A DNA stretch of 64,000 nucleotides from Sphaerodactylus townsendi. Lineage: Eukaryota. Location of the stretch: assembly GCF_021028975.2 (NCBI RefSeq), contig NC_059426.1:69502001-69566000 (forward strand), read 5' to 3'. Below, piece by piece: positions 51,893 to 64,000 of this stretch. The notes beneath the pieces were generated by a model, which saw only the letters and a list, made by a program, of their open reading frames with translations, did not search any database and was not told where the DNA came from. How positions within the stretch are numbered: position 1 is the first letter of the stretch; each line of letters begins with the position of its first letter. The translations under genes and the position numbers were made by a program.

Positions 51893-53891
51893 AGTGTTAG
51901 CCTTGCCTGTTTAATCAAGCCCCTGTTCTGTGAGCTCCAGGGAATGAGACCTAGTGGCTGAAGCCTCCGCCCGCAGTCAAGTCTCTTAACTCACCTTCTG
52001 CTCTTTTCCAAAAGATTGGTTCTCACTGATAAAAACTGCGTGCACCGTTTTTATCCGAAACATGTTCTATAAAAAACATGTTCTAAGAGGCGCAAAATCA
52101 GTTAGGGGTCCATTTGAAGCACACATGTCCAAACTGGTCTATTCATGCCCCTAAAATTTATAACTTTCTAAAGATGGAGGATTTGGTCAAGGAATCACCC
52201 CCCCCCCCCCCCCAAATAACGTACTCTCTCTTAATTCCTTGCGGGCCCCAAATTTATGCTACATAATTTAAATTATTCCGATAAACATTCTAGAGTTCCC
52301 TAGAAATACTGTGTCTACTTTATTTGGGAACACCAACTGTGAGTTAATTTGATCCCTGAAGGAACAGCTTGGTTGTTCCAGAGGGCAGCTTACTTTAGAA
52401 ATTGTATTTTGGCAACCTTCGTTTTCAGAAACGTAGATTATAGTTATAGAAGCATCCCTTTATGGTGTGTTTAAAAATTGTGATTGACCTGACAGCAGTA
52501 AGGAACAAGTAAAGAACAGTCTGATGGAGTTTCTATTTTATACCACCAGCTATCATGTGCTATTGCTGATCGTAGCATGATCTCTAGAGAAAGTCCCAAG
52601 CAAATTAGTACTTCCTGTTTTCTGAAACAGCATGCTGATTATTCTCTTCACAGTGCCGGGGAGCACTGATTATGCTATTAGTCATCCTGGAACTGACATA
52701 TGCCAAAGAATCTACTACAGAATTTACCTGAGAAGAAACAACAGATGCACTTGAGTGAAAAAGCATATGTGAATGAATTCTATGGTTTCTTTTTAGCATT
52801 CAGACAGTGACTTGAAGTATGATTTTTACCTAGTGTGGCTGCACAATGATGTTTCTAGCACACTTCTCATGGGTGACCTGTATTATCTGCCCTGGATCTG
52901 CACAAAACTTGAAATGACATGATTACATGAAGTGCCCAGCCCCGTTAATCATATTGGAATGTCCAGTGATGTCATTCTCCTGTCATAGTTTGCCAATCCC
53001 TTTAATGGATGAATGGGAAGTTGGTGAAAAGGAAACCCATGGCAAGAACTTGAGAGAGCACATGGGGAACAGCAGCAGAAAGCAGCACAGACATATGATA
53101 ACAAGGGGCAAGATCCAAAGGGGCAGAAAGCACTGTCTTTCCATGAAAGTTGTACAAAATTACACCACCAAGAACAGTCATCATCTGTGTATTTGTATGA
53201 GAGGAAGCAGCTAATGGCTATATTTCAGCTTGATTTTTGTGATCTTACCAGTGATGTCTCTACAGGAAAAACCAGAAATATGTTTTATTCCTATCCCAAC
53301 GCCCTTTTAAGCATGTCCCCAAGCCATTCCCCTCCAAACACTACAGGCTAGCAGGGGAGGGGAGAAGAGGTCAAGACAGCTCAAGCAAAGGTTGGCAAGT
53401 GATAAGCTTGACTAGAACTGGGGCCACTGGAGGGTGCGGGAGCATCTCTGGTGAGCTCAGCCACCCACAGTGCTTCCTGTGATGGGGCGCCTGGAGAGGG
53501 GGAGAGAGAGAGGCAGCAGGGGCTGGGGACAGCAGACCTAGACAGCCTGCCAAAACTATGCATGCCAGGTGGTGCCCTGTGCAGCTATGTATGGAATGGC
53601 TTAGCCTTGTGTCAGGGATGCTGCTGGGATGAGAGTCAAACATGGAAGCTACTCACAAAGGCCTCTCTTCCCATGAGAAGGCTAGATAATTAGTTGATTT
53701 AGTCACTCTTTTAGCCTCCCTGAAACCCACAGGATTCCATACAAGAACTCTACTAACTGCCTAGCGGGAGCTCTCAGAGGCAGAGGAACTTGCAACCATT
53801 CTGCTTCTGAAGAATGGCACTAAGGCTGGTGCACCTTCCTGACATTTGGAAGCTATCATTCTGTTCTACTCCTATAATTCTAGGTCTACCC

Positions 53892-54039
53892 CAGGGGTCT
53901 GCAACCTGTGGCTCTCCAGATGTTCATGGACTACAATTCCCATCAGTTCCTGCCACTATGACCAATTGACCATGGTGGCAGCGGCTGATGGGAATTGTAG
54001 TCCATGAACATCTGGAGCGCTGCAGGTTGCAGACCCCTG
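53892..54039. mobile_element. Palindromic hAT MITE, family B
   Basis: Whole element is a hairpin (CAGGGGTCTGCAACCT...AGGTTGCAGACCCCTG); perfect 8-bp TSD GTCTACCC. Confidence 0.93.
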
Positions 54040-56832
54040 GTCTACCCCTACATAAAAGGAGAATATGGGAAAATAACACTGAACTGTTGTGAAAATAAAA
54101 TTATTTCAAAATGTATTCCATAAGCACAAAGTACCAAGGTTGTGCAAGAAAATGGCTGAAAGGTGAGGTAAGGACAGTGGGAAAAAGCCAAAAGGAAGTT
54201 GAAGGTATTATAGACCTTTATTTGGAATTGGAGTAAGGAACATCTGCAGGAATTATTTAGGCTGCCATCCTTTGTTTTGGTACAGGGGCTACATGACATG
54301 TGGCTCCCACTCCAGACACTGGTGTTCAGTGAATACATAAGGAAGTAACTCAGAATTCTTCCTTGCTTTCTTTCCTAGTGTACAAGTAAGCATACTTTTT
54401 AGGGTTGTCAGAGAAAGAAGAAAATGAGCCCTACATATGCAGCAATTGCACAAATGAATTAGAATTATGGTAATGAAATGGATCTATACTAATTTTTAAC
54501 TCCTTGTATGAACAATATAAATGTCAGGAATGTTAAGGACTTAGAGTGTGCATGTTGAACTGAAGTAACCTCAAATGAATACAGCTTCAGAAAAATGGAG
54601 GAGAAGGAATGCTGCCTGGGGGAAAAGAATACTGGAAACACAATTTATGTCCAGTTGTCAGGCCCAAAATGGAGTAATCAAATAGATTTAGGGAGCTATT
54701 TTTCCAAGATCACTTAATTTCAGACCACTTACCCCTTGAAACATTTGTATCCAATGCAAGACTACTTTCTCCACCTTGTGACTATGGTATGTACTCTAAA
54801 GTAGAGAGCACATCCCAGACAAAGATCCTGAAAGAGTAGGCCATTTGTTAAGACAATTAGCATAACTATTAGCTGCCATCACTAGGGTGGCATTCAGAGA
54901 CCATGAGAAACTTCGATTGATAAGACGTTTGGTAGTGTCAGACATGAACATAGTCTGGAAGTTATACTTGAATGTTTCACTTGGTAATTCCATCATGCAC
55001 GCAACTTGGCTAAAAACCTCCGCTTGATCAAGTACAAATGTACTGTGGCACCTGAATGTAGACACCTGGGCTAAGCAGCATGCATTTTTTTTCCAGAAAC
55101 AGGGATTCTAACTGGGATTACACCAAGATTGCAGGGATTAAATAAGCTCCAGTTTGCCTAGGAGTCTGATCAAACTAGAGTTTGATCAAAATAATTAGTT
55201 ACCAATGAAGCTCCATGCACAAGTTGTGAGGCGCAAAGGAGTAAAATAAAGAAGCTGTGTTTATGCCTAAAGCTGACAAAACTCCACTTAACTTCAGTAT
55301 GTTATCATGAATTAACGTAATTTGAGGGGATGTTTTAATTATGATCCATAGAACAAGTACTTAAGACTTTTCTTTCATTTGTTTCTCTGTATAATAAAAA
55401 TAATAATGCAAACACACACAAATTCTATTTCAGATGACAGGGAGATGTACAGGGAGAGGAAAAGGAAAGCTCTTATACTTTTCCATCCATCTTCCACAGT
55501 ACCTGAAGCCACTCTAGGACTACATTAGTGTAGAATCTATGTTCTTCAGAACCCTAAAAACTTCATCTATTTCTAGAGCTATGGGTGCAAAGAGAGCTTT
55601 TAAAAAATAAAGGCAATCTACGCTGCATGCTGTAAAGCTAGGAGGAACCTGAATGTGGGTTGAAGTTGTCAGAAAGTGAGACTTCATTCTGCTTACCTCC
55701 TTGGGCTCCAACTCATGCTTCCAATTATTGCCCCATATTTTCAGTCTCTCTCTTTCCCCTTCACTAGCCAATTGCTCTGAACAACGCAACAACAACAACA
55801 ACAAAACAGAAAAAGGGGTACAGGATAATTAAAAGAATTTTTTCCAAATCTCACTGTGAACGGTTTTGATGTGCTGCTTCTAGAACATTTGAATATAAAC
55901 TTTTCTGACACTGGCCTGTCATTCAATTCATAAACATAACACAAGTTTCTGTAAAGCATGGTGGATAAGGTCCTAAGATAACACAGAAAAAGTGGATGGC
56001 ACATTCCTAATTAATCGTGTTCTGCTCTTCTATGACAGTATCAGACACTGGAATTATCACGCAGATCAGACGGATCTTTCCTATGCAACGTTACCTTAAT
56101 ACACTCAACTCAGAAACTTGGCTTTTCTCATAGCAGAGGTTTTTTTGTCCTTTAAGTAATGAACAAGCTATACCTTTTGCCCCTCACATTTAACAAATAC
56201 ACCTGGAATGGTGCAATACTTTCTATATCACAAAATATTTATGAGAAGTTACTTTGAAAGCAAAACAGAGCAAGTCAAGAGAATCAAGATAGACAAAGCT
56301 GGAGGAGGCAATAGTCCGAAGAAATTATTTCATCCCCTTTAGAAGCATTCCTTACATGACGGAAGTTCTTTTTAGAGTATGATTCAATATGCAAAACTGT
56401 TATTGGTGGATCGGAGCTTCTTAGACAGGTGCTGTGGCCTGTCTATTGCAAAACTCATGTTTTGGAAACAACAGACTGCCTCAGCAGGTGTAACGGCTCT
56501 TTGTGAGGTGCCAAAATACTAAGATATATTAGACAGAATCACAAAACTCAAAAGAGGCAAACTGTTTGGATGATGCACACTTGTTGACTTGCATAGCTGC
56601 CGCTCTGTCAACCTCTTATTACTGATGTGCATCAAGATCATGCCTCTACTTCACACTTCAGCACCCAGTTCATTTAGAATTGCTTTCAGGGTAATGGACA
56701 GATGATGGAATGTTTGCATCCAGTACTCTTAACGCTTTTATGAACTACCAGCAAGCCATAGTGTAAAGAACAGTGAATATATATGTTGGAAAACAAGCAT
56801 TTTCAGAATCTTTCTGTGATCACATTTATCAC

Positions 56833-56935
56833 AATGCTACTAGAACACGGCCATACAGCCCAGAAACCACACAACCCCCCAGTGATTCCAGCCATGAAAG
56901 CATTATGCATTTTATGAACACTTCGACAATACATT
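56833..56935 (+). mobile_element. Truncated Penelope pLTR fragment (no ribozyme core)
   Basis: Same arm and tail sequence as the other two copies (ATGCTACTAGAACACGGCCATACAGCCC...TGATTCCAGCCATGAAAGC...TTCGACAATAC). Confidence 0.75.
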
Positions 56936-58949
56936 AATCACATTCAGGATTTTTTGAAATCCTGATATTTACTAGTTTGCCACTGTGTTTTGGCACACAT
57001 GAAGCAAGGTAAGCTCTGTCTACAGTTATCGGCCATCTTTCATGTTTGAGAATGCCCATTATGTCAAGAGTTGTCTCCAGTCCTAGAAGGCCTGAAGTCC
57101 CACAGGTCTAACCAGATGTCCCATATATTTCAAACTTCCATAGAATATAATGGGTGTAGTTTATATTCAGAACTTCCCAAGGACCCCTTTTAAAATATTT
57201 ATACAGAACAGTGTAGGTTTTAGCATCTCTGTGCTGGGAAAGCAAACTTGAGAGCTTTTCAATTAAGATCAAGGCCCAAATGTCACAACTCGGGCTTTTT
57301 CTGGGTTTGTGAACACCACCACCCCAACATTCTTCACTTCACTTCATTTTGCAGTCTCTTGCAGCAGACTTAAAAACACAGCATGGAACAAGGGCTCAGA
57401 AGCAATAGGCCCCCAAAGCATTATGCATTTTATGAACACGTAAACTTGTGTCTAGACCAAAAGAAATGCAACGCATTGTGTGTAAGACTATCTCTTTGAA
57501 GCTATAAGGAGCTTCTGTGTCTTACCTTCTATGTATTTATTTTACACAAATTAAATCTAAACTCACCAGTCAAATCTGAGAAACATAAATCGTCACCCAC
57601 ACTTAAAATTATATGAGAATGAAAACAAGTAGTAAAGGAGTTCCTTTAAATAAAGATCAAACATTCCAACTCATATCGCATTGTAGCAAATAGTTTTATT
57701 TATAAAATCTAATATGCAGAGGGGTTTAAGCTCTGACTACATTTGAGATGAATTCTGAATTTTATCTTTTGGAGGCACAAAGTGCTTTTTTGGAGAGGAA
57801 AAAAAGCGAAAATTAGTTGTGTCTGCGAGCGTCTTTGTTTTTACACAAAGCATTACATGAAATCCCACAAGGAAAAAAAAAGGAATAAGGGTTTTCCCCC
57901 ACCCTTCCTCCCTAAAGTTCAAAGCCTCATAATAGTTTTTCCATGTAAATAACGAGTCAGGTTTTAACAATGAAAAAAATTATTCACAAACGCAATTAAT
58001 TTTGTATAAAGTGATTGGATTTCCTTATACAGTACAAAACCACTCTCTTCCTTGCTTTTCTCATTTGCAAAATATGTAAATATTTAGTAATTTGAATCAA
58101 CAGGGTTGGTTTTTTTTTTCATTTTTGTCATATACCCGACATGCCAGCTTTAATAACATTTGATAGTTTATTTTAAATGTGAAGTTTATTTCCAAACTCC
58201 TCCTCTAGTTAGAAGGACTCCCATCAGCAAAGTCGGTCCTAATCAAAGGAAAGTAATTGAAAACAAACAATTTCTTAGCTATTGAAATACAGAAAGTATT
58301 TTTGTCAAGCAACTTTTTAAACAACACAGTAAACAAAAAAAGGCACCGACACACATTTAGAAACAACTTCAAACAAAAAATAAATTCTGCACAGATTTCA
58401 GAACTCTGATCTTCAAAACTGGTTTTATTGGGGCAGTAGTAGGAAAGAAATCAAACAGACATCAAAACTAAAACCCAATTTCTTACAAAGGAGGTTTTTG
58501 GGTCAGAGTCACCTTTGCTGTAGATTTTTTAACGTGAATACTATATATAAAATTAAAGGTCTATATTAAAATTGATTACAATCTTGCACACAGTTTTGTA
58601 TCTGCAAAACCCTTGAACTCAGTGAAGTTTATAGTACATAACCATGCACCCTAAAGGAATAAGTACATCCCAACAAATTCTGAGGACTTAAGGAAGGGGA
58701 GGGGGTCAAGGAAGCAAAAAAATCAGGTTTTTGATCTATGTGGAATGTATAAGTAGTTTACATCTGCATAACCTCAATATTGATATTTTTCTTTTGAGTT
58801 CTGCAAGGCATGATTATTGTCTTGCAAGGAATCTGCCCTCTGTGAGAATCTTGATCCCTCCCTTCGTGAAACCACCTGAGCTCTTCTGCAGTCTCTCAGG
58901 CCTCCTTATCACAGCACTTTCCAATGAGTCCATCCAGATCAGGAAGGTG

Positions 58950-60993
58950 GTGGTGGGCAGGAGAGGTTGCCCCTGATGTTGGAAAGTAGAGTGCTGAGTC
59001 ACAAGCCTTGTGCTGAAATATGGCTGGGAAATCTTTTGCTGATTAATGAATTACAATCAGAACTCAAATATGCGCACACACACACACACACACACACAAA
59101 GGAAGGAAGGAAGGAAGGAAGAATGCTGGCATGAATGACAGACAAATGTGTAAAATTATATTTGTTTTTTTGCCAGGGGAGGAAGAACAGACAAAGAACC
59201 CCTCCTGCACACACCCCAATGCCCTTGACTCTTGTTGAGTGAACTATTGGCACTCACTCCCACATCAGCCTTTCATGACATCTGTCGCCTGGAGGGTTAG
59301 TCACCTGCCGATGACTAAATGCCATTCTGATTGTGAGAATGGGACAAACATCCAACAACCCACCAGCAAGCCATTGTGTTTTGTTTGCTGTGAAAGGGCA
59401 GCGGGGAGGCAGCAGGACTCCAAGCTCCTGCCGCTTGACGGATGTGTAATGTTCAAGCCCTATGCAATTGAGGCCAAATGGCTGGGCCGAGGACTTCTTA
59501 TGCAGGAATGTATTACAGACAGTCAGGCTGGCTGAGAAGCAGGAGAAAAAGCAAAGGGAAGGCGAAAGAAATGGAGAAAGAGAAGGGGTCAGTTCCTTCC
59601 CTCTATCCCCACCCCTTCTCCCCCCACCTAAGCTTCTTTTTTTCGCTCTCCACCTCCCTTTCCAAATCTGGCATTTCAGGCTGAGACAGGGTGGTTTCAT
59701 ACACTCACCTCGCCTTGTCTCTTAGTAGGAGAGAGGAGCCAATCTGCGGTACCTCTCCTCCTCCCACATGCCCCCCACACTCTCCCACCCTCTGGGACTG
59801 GGCTTTGCTTTGTGGTTAAAGCTTTACACGTCAGAAAGGGGGGGAGGTTAGAAGAGAAGAAGGTTTCACAAATATCCTCACCAAATTTTAAAAAAACCCA
59901 AACCCACAACCAAACCAAACCCTAGTGAGTGGGATTGGCAAATGGGATTATTAATCCTGGCCCAGAATAAAGGAGGCAGCAGACTCCATGCAGACCCCTC
60001 GGCGAAAGGAAGCATTTAGTCACACACCTACCTTCAAGGGCTGCAGCGGACGGGGGCTTTAACCAGATGGAGTTCAGAGCAGGTAGGAGCCCTTGGTACC
60101 TTTCTCCAGCCTTCCCTCCTCTGGAGAGCAGCCAGCCCACCTCTCCTCCTCCTCTTCCTCCTCCTCCTCAGCACCCCAACTGAGCCCTCACAAACACATT
60201 TGATTTCTCCAACATTTGCTGGAAACCCTTTAAAAATGCCACTAGCAAATCTTGGCAGCATCCAGATATCTAGGGAGCGGGGTGGGGAGGGGGTGGGGTA
60301 TGGTGGGCTGGCATTTCCTCTGGATAGTTCTTTTGCAAAAGGACTTTTTCTTTCCTCTTCCTTCTTTTACTTTGAGCAAAGCCCACTGCTAAAGCCTTTA
60401 CCTTTCTCTCACCCCCCCTCCCTCCTCCCCAGGTCTGAAGAGCTGAAGGGGAGGGTATCGTTGGGGTGGGTGGTGAACAGAAGGGGGAAGAGAGAGAAAT
60501 GAATGAGCCTGCGCTTGTATACAGTTGCATCAAATACATTCTTGAAAGCAACCTGGTTCTGCTTAACACTTGAATTTTTTTAAAAAAGGCAGCAGCTTCG
60601 AGAGAGGGTGTATGCACTTTTTCTTTCTTTCCTTTCTTTTTTTTTATATTCGTACATTCCTGGACACCAATCAAAAGAGCAAATCACGGGAGGTGGAAGA
60701 GTGGAGAGGGAGAGAGAGAGAGAGAAAGAGAGAGAGAGCGGTGAAAACTTTGCGCACAAACAAAAAAAAAAAAGTACAGACAGCTTTTCCCACCTAACAC
60801 CCAGCAAACACAAACCAAAACAAATAGGGAAGAGGAGAGGAAAAAAAAAGGAAAGGAAAGGAACCCGGGGCAGAGCCAGCCGGGAGAAAGGCAATTTTTC
60901 ACTCCGCACCGGGGAGCTGAAGCGATCATTCGGAACAAAACCGCTTGTCTGCTAACCCGCAGCGTCGCCCCCAGCCCACACTCTGAGTCTACT
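58950..60993 (+). promoter_or_regulatory. Promoter/5'UTR region of the putative CLCF1
   Basis: TE-poor stretch with AP-1 TGAGTCA (58995-59001), TEAD-like GGAATG/CATTCC motifs (near 59505 and 60655), CCAAT (near 59739), polypurine tracts and a rise in CpG at 60860-60970. Confidence 0.4.
59075..59121. repeat. Compound (CA)n + (GGAA)n microsatellite
   Basis: About (CA)12 followed by (GGAA)5. Confidence 0.9.
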
Positions 60994-61021
60994 ATGCTAT
61001 GTGTTGCTGGGGGGGGTTCAG
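60994..61021 (+). CDS. CLCF1: Probable first coding exon of cardiotrophin-like cytokine factor 1 (MLCVAGGGS-G); rest of gene beyond the window
   Basis: ATG followed by a perfect donor CAG|GTAAG in phase 1, at the end of a promoter-like, CpG-containing leader. Human CLCF1 lies divergent from RAD9A and has a very short phase-1 first coding exon (MDLRA-G). The call rests mainly on synteny and exon architecture. Confidence 0.5.
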
Positions 61022-61606
61022 GTAAGGGCTCGCATCTCATTCAGTTTTGGAAGGGGGGGATGGGGTGGGGGTCTTGCTGTGTGCCTTGTCATTCCCCCCA
61101 TCCCAAACCGCTGCTGATTCTAATTTGATTTGATTAAAACGTCTGTCTGGCTTTGGGACTGATTTAAGACTTTCCCTCTGCCCCCCCCCCTCCCCTCCTT
61201 TTCATGCATGTTTGTGATTACTGGTGGGGTCGGGGGGGAGAGACGCTGCTTAGCAAGGGAATAACATCCAAAACTGACAGAGGAAAATCAAAGTCATCAG
61301 ACTTTCAGACAGGGGCTGAAAAGTCTCCCCCACCTCCCCCCCCCCCCCCCGGCACCAAAGGCTTGAGTTAAATGCTGTCCCAGTCCAGAAAGCGAATGTG
61401 TTTGGTTGCTAAAATAAAGGGAAGAGGAGTTTTTGTTTGGGCTTTTTTAAAAACAAAGAACAGGAGGGGGGGGGGGCATCCTGAAACAAGGGTGGTTTTT
61501 TTTTCTTTTTCTTTTTGCCAAAATGAGGAAATGTCCTTTTCTGGGGCGGATGGAAGTAGGGAGAGAACAAGACCCTAGGAAGTGTCCAAGCCTTCCTAAA
61601 TAATTG

Positions 61607-61608
<2 letters not shown>

Positions 61609-61652
<44 letters not shown>
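61609..61652. repeat. (GT)22 microsatellite
   Basis: Perfect dinucleotide run. Confidence 0.97.
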
Positions 61653-61654
<2 letters not shown>

Positions 61655-63426
61655 ATCCTTAGAGTTTTAACATTTGCAGCCTGGTTAGCAAAACTTTTCT
61701 TGCTGCTACTTTGAGGAGGCTGGAGGTGGCGGTGGGGGGAATTACTTGGAGTGAAAGTACTTTTTCCTGCAGGGTGTAATTTTTATAAGCAATGGGGGTT
61801 TTGTGTTTTGCAGACAACACCCCAGGCTTTCTGGGCAAGGACTTGTGTTTAAAATAAAATAAAAATGTAAAAACAAGCCTTAAAAGGTCAAAAGCAGTTT
61901 GTTTCCTGGACTGGCTCTTTTGACAATCATGCCGTTTGGGAAGAGGGGAGTCTCTTGCTCCCACAGAGTCAGCTATTAAAAAAGAAAGAGCAAACAAAAC
62001 AAAACAAATCCTTTGGATTTTTCACTCTGGATGCTAGAAGTGCTGGGAAATGCAAAGCAAGGAAAGTAGAGGGGAATATCCTGGAAAACATGGGACCGCT
62101 GAGACCAAACCTATTCATCCCTCTCTGAGTAGAGAGGAATTCTCAGAACTTGCTCTTTCACATCCCTAAAGAACAAGAGCCAAAATTCTCATGGCTAAGT
62201 CTGATATGGAAAGATGCTGTCTGTGTGTTTGGGTCTATGCTTACAGCCAGCAAGTTTTGCTCCTTGGCTGAAATAAGTAAGTTGGGCGGGGGGGGGGGGG
62301 GGCATCTGAACAGAAAGCAATATATTGCAGAGAAACAAATGCACATGCACCCCCCTATCTGGCAACGGGAGGTAGCAGCGTGGAGAATCTTGCAGTTTTA
62401 GGAGCTGTTTTCTTGGGCAGTCAAATCAGGGAGAGAATCACTCTGTTGACAGTGACAAGAAGCGATGATTGGGCACCGGTGTGCCTCATGGGGGATACTT
62501 TAGCTTTACGCCAGAAAGTTTCTCAGAGGTTCTGCGTACAGTTTGAATAGGCACAAGGAATGGATGCTGTGGAGAAACACCTGTATTGAGAGTATCATGG
62601 GAGAATGTGAGTAGAGGGAGTCTATGCAGCGGGAAATGACTATGCATTGCATTTTTCATAAATGTTACCCCTATTAAAATGTGAGTACATTCAAAGAAGT
62701 TACTGGCATGTGTGAGTGGGCACACATACATCCATGAAGAATGCCCTGTGTAGTAGCTGATGCCATTGGTCTTTGTTTGCCCCATGATTTGACCAGCACA
62801 GGCTGTCATTCAATAGGTCACATGGGCCTCTGTGTACAAAGGGGATGTGGAAGCCCTTCCTCTAGCCAACATTCCTGCTAACAGTGGTGGAATGCGGTGA
62901 GGCTGAAGATCCACTATTTCCACATGAAAGCGAACTCTTGTAGACATGATAAGATGCTTGAGATAGGAGGTCCCTGGTGCCACAGAGTAGGGAACATCAG
63001 AAGAGAGGCTGGGATCACCCCTATCCCACAGACATTGTTGAACCACAGGCAACTTTTATACATGGCGCCTTGTGCTCAGAACAGCTGTGCACGCACACAC
63101 ACACACACACACATGTGCCTTTCCCCCCTACAGATGCTCCTCATTAAGTTTGCTGCTCAGAGGTGATGGAGTGGGAAGCCTTTATTGTTGGCTCATTTTC
63201 CAAGTCCATCTGTCCATCCCACCACTAAATTTGGCACAGATCTAGTCCAGTGTCAATTTGCATGCATTCCTGAGCTTATTGCAGAGAATGTTATTGTGAA
63301 GTAGAAAGACCCAGTGTTCTTGTCCTTCTCTAGAATTCAGGTTGGCATGGTGAAATGCTTAGCAAGTCCATGCTTGAAAAGGTACATACGAAGAGGTATA
63401 TATACATACCATCTCTTTCTGTCAAT

Positions 63427-63577
63427 AGCCCCTTCCGCACATGCAGAATAATGCACTTTCAATCCACTTTCAACGCACTTTGAAACTAGATTTTACTGTG
63501 CAGAATAGCAAAATCCACTTGCAAATAATTGTGAAAGTGGATTGAAAGTGCTTTATTCTGCATGTGCGGAAGGGGCT
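63427..63577. mobile_element. Harbinger-like MITE
   Basis: TIRs AGCCCCTTCCGCACATGCAGAATAA and its reverse complement; AAT on both flanks. Confidence 0.8.
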
Positions 63578-64000
63578 AATGACAGTGTCTGGCTGAAGTC
63601 TGATCCTGCTCAAAACAGAAAAGAGTGTGTGTGTGTGTGTGGGGGGGGTACTAACCTGAAGTGGGTGGAAATCAGTCTCTCTCAGCACAAGTGGCATCTT
63701 TCTTATAGCAGCTCCATCGGACTCATCGTGTGGCTATTTATAGGTAGGAAAAAAGAGTGTAAACAATCAGGTTGAGGATGGGCAGGTATGTAACATGATG
63801 GGCACTAATCCACAGCATCTGTCTTGATGTTACACGGACATGTATCTACAATTATGTCAGGAAATATACACACACATGGAGAGGTGCCTGGAATTTGCCA
63901 CCTTAGCTGAGGAAAAAAACATTCCAGCATAATATCTGAAGCATTATTTTCTTGATCATTATTTAACACTGGAAAGCACATTTCCCAGCTTTGTGCATAG

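Noticed and set aside
45736-54039. Hairpins at 45736-45854 and 53892-54039 as miRNA precursors
   Set aside because: Fully explained as MITEs with 8-bp TSDs; no recognisable miRNA sequence.
57500-58750. AT-rich, 3'UTR-like stretch with several minus-strand AATAAA
   Set aside because: No upstream exon or ORF can be assigned, and the hexamers are expected by chance at this composition.

Overview
Vertebrate genomic DNA from a squamate reptile, probably a gecko judging by the SINE, CR1, Penelope and hAT repeat types. It is not prokaryotic, so there are no CRISPR arrays or operons. The window reproduces the human 11q13 block TBC1D10C - PPP1CA - RAD9A - (CLCF1). It contains the first coding exon of TBC1D10C (- strand, 4559-4755), a complete 7-exon PPP1CA (+, 8997-15388, 330 aa), a complete RAD9A with 11 coding exons (-, 31316-19369, 384 aa) and a probable first coding exon of CLCF1 (+, 60994-61021). 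All introns between PPP1CA and RAD9A coding exons are GT-AG with consistent phase. The rest is introns and intergenic DNA dense in TEs: hAT MITEs with 8-bp TSDs, Harbinger-like MITEs, a Tc1/mariner-like element, a solo LTR, CR1 fragments, tRNA- and 5S-derived SINEs and Penelope pLTR hairpins. Four observations stand out. (1) Two intact minimal type-I hammerhead ribozyme motifs sit in Penelope-derived hairpins, one directly beside the PPP1CA CpG island. (2) The PPP1CA exon3/exon4 junction regenerates its own 5' splice site after splicing, and re-splicing would create an in-frame TGA, a candidate recursive-splicing/NMD switch. (3) A sense-oriented solo LTR with TATA and AATAAA lies in RAD9A just upstream of the exons encoding the checkpoint tail. 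(4) RAD9A has an overlapping uORF and TBC1D10C has an in-frame uORF. Family names and human comparisons come from recalled knowledge, not from database searches.
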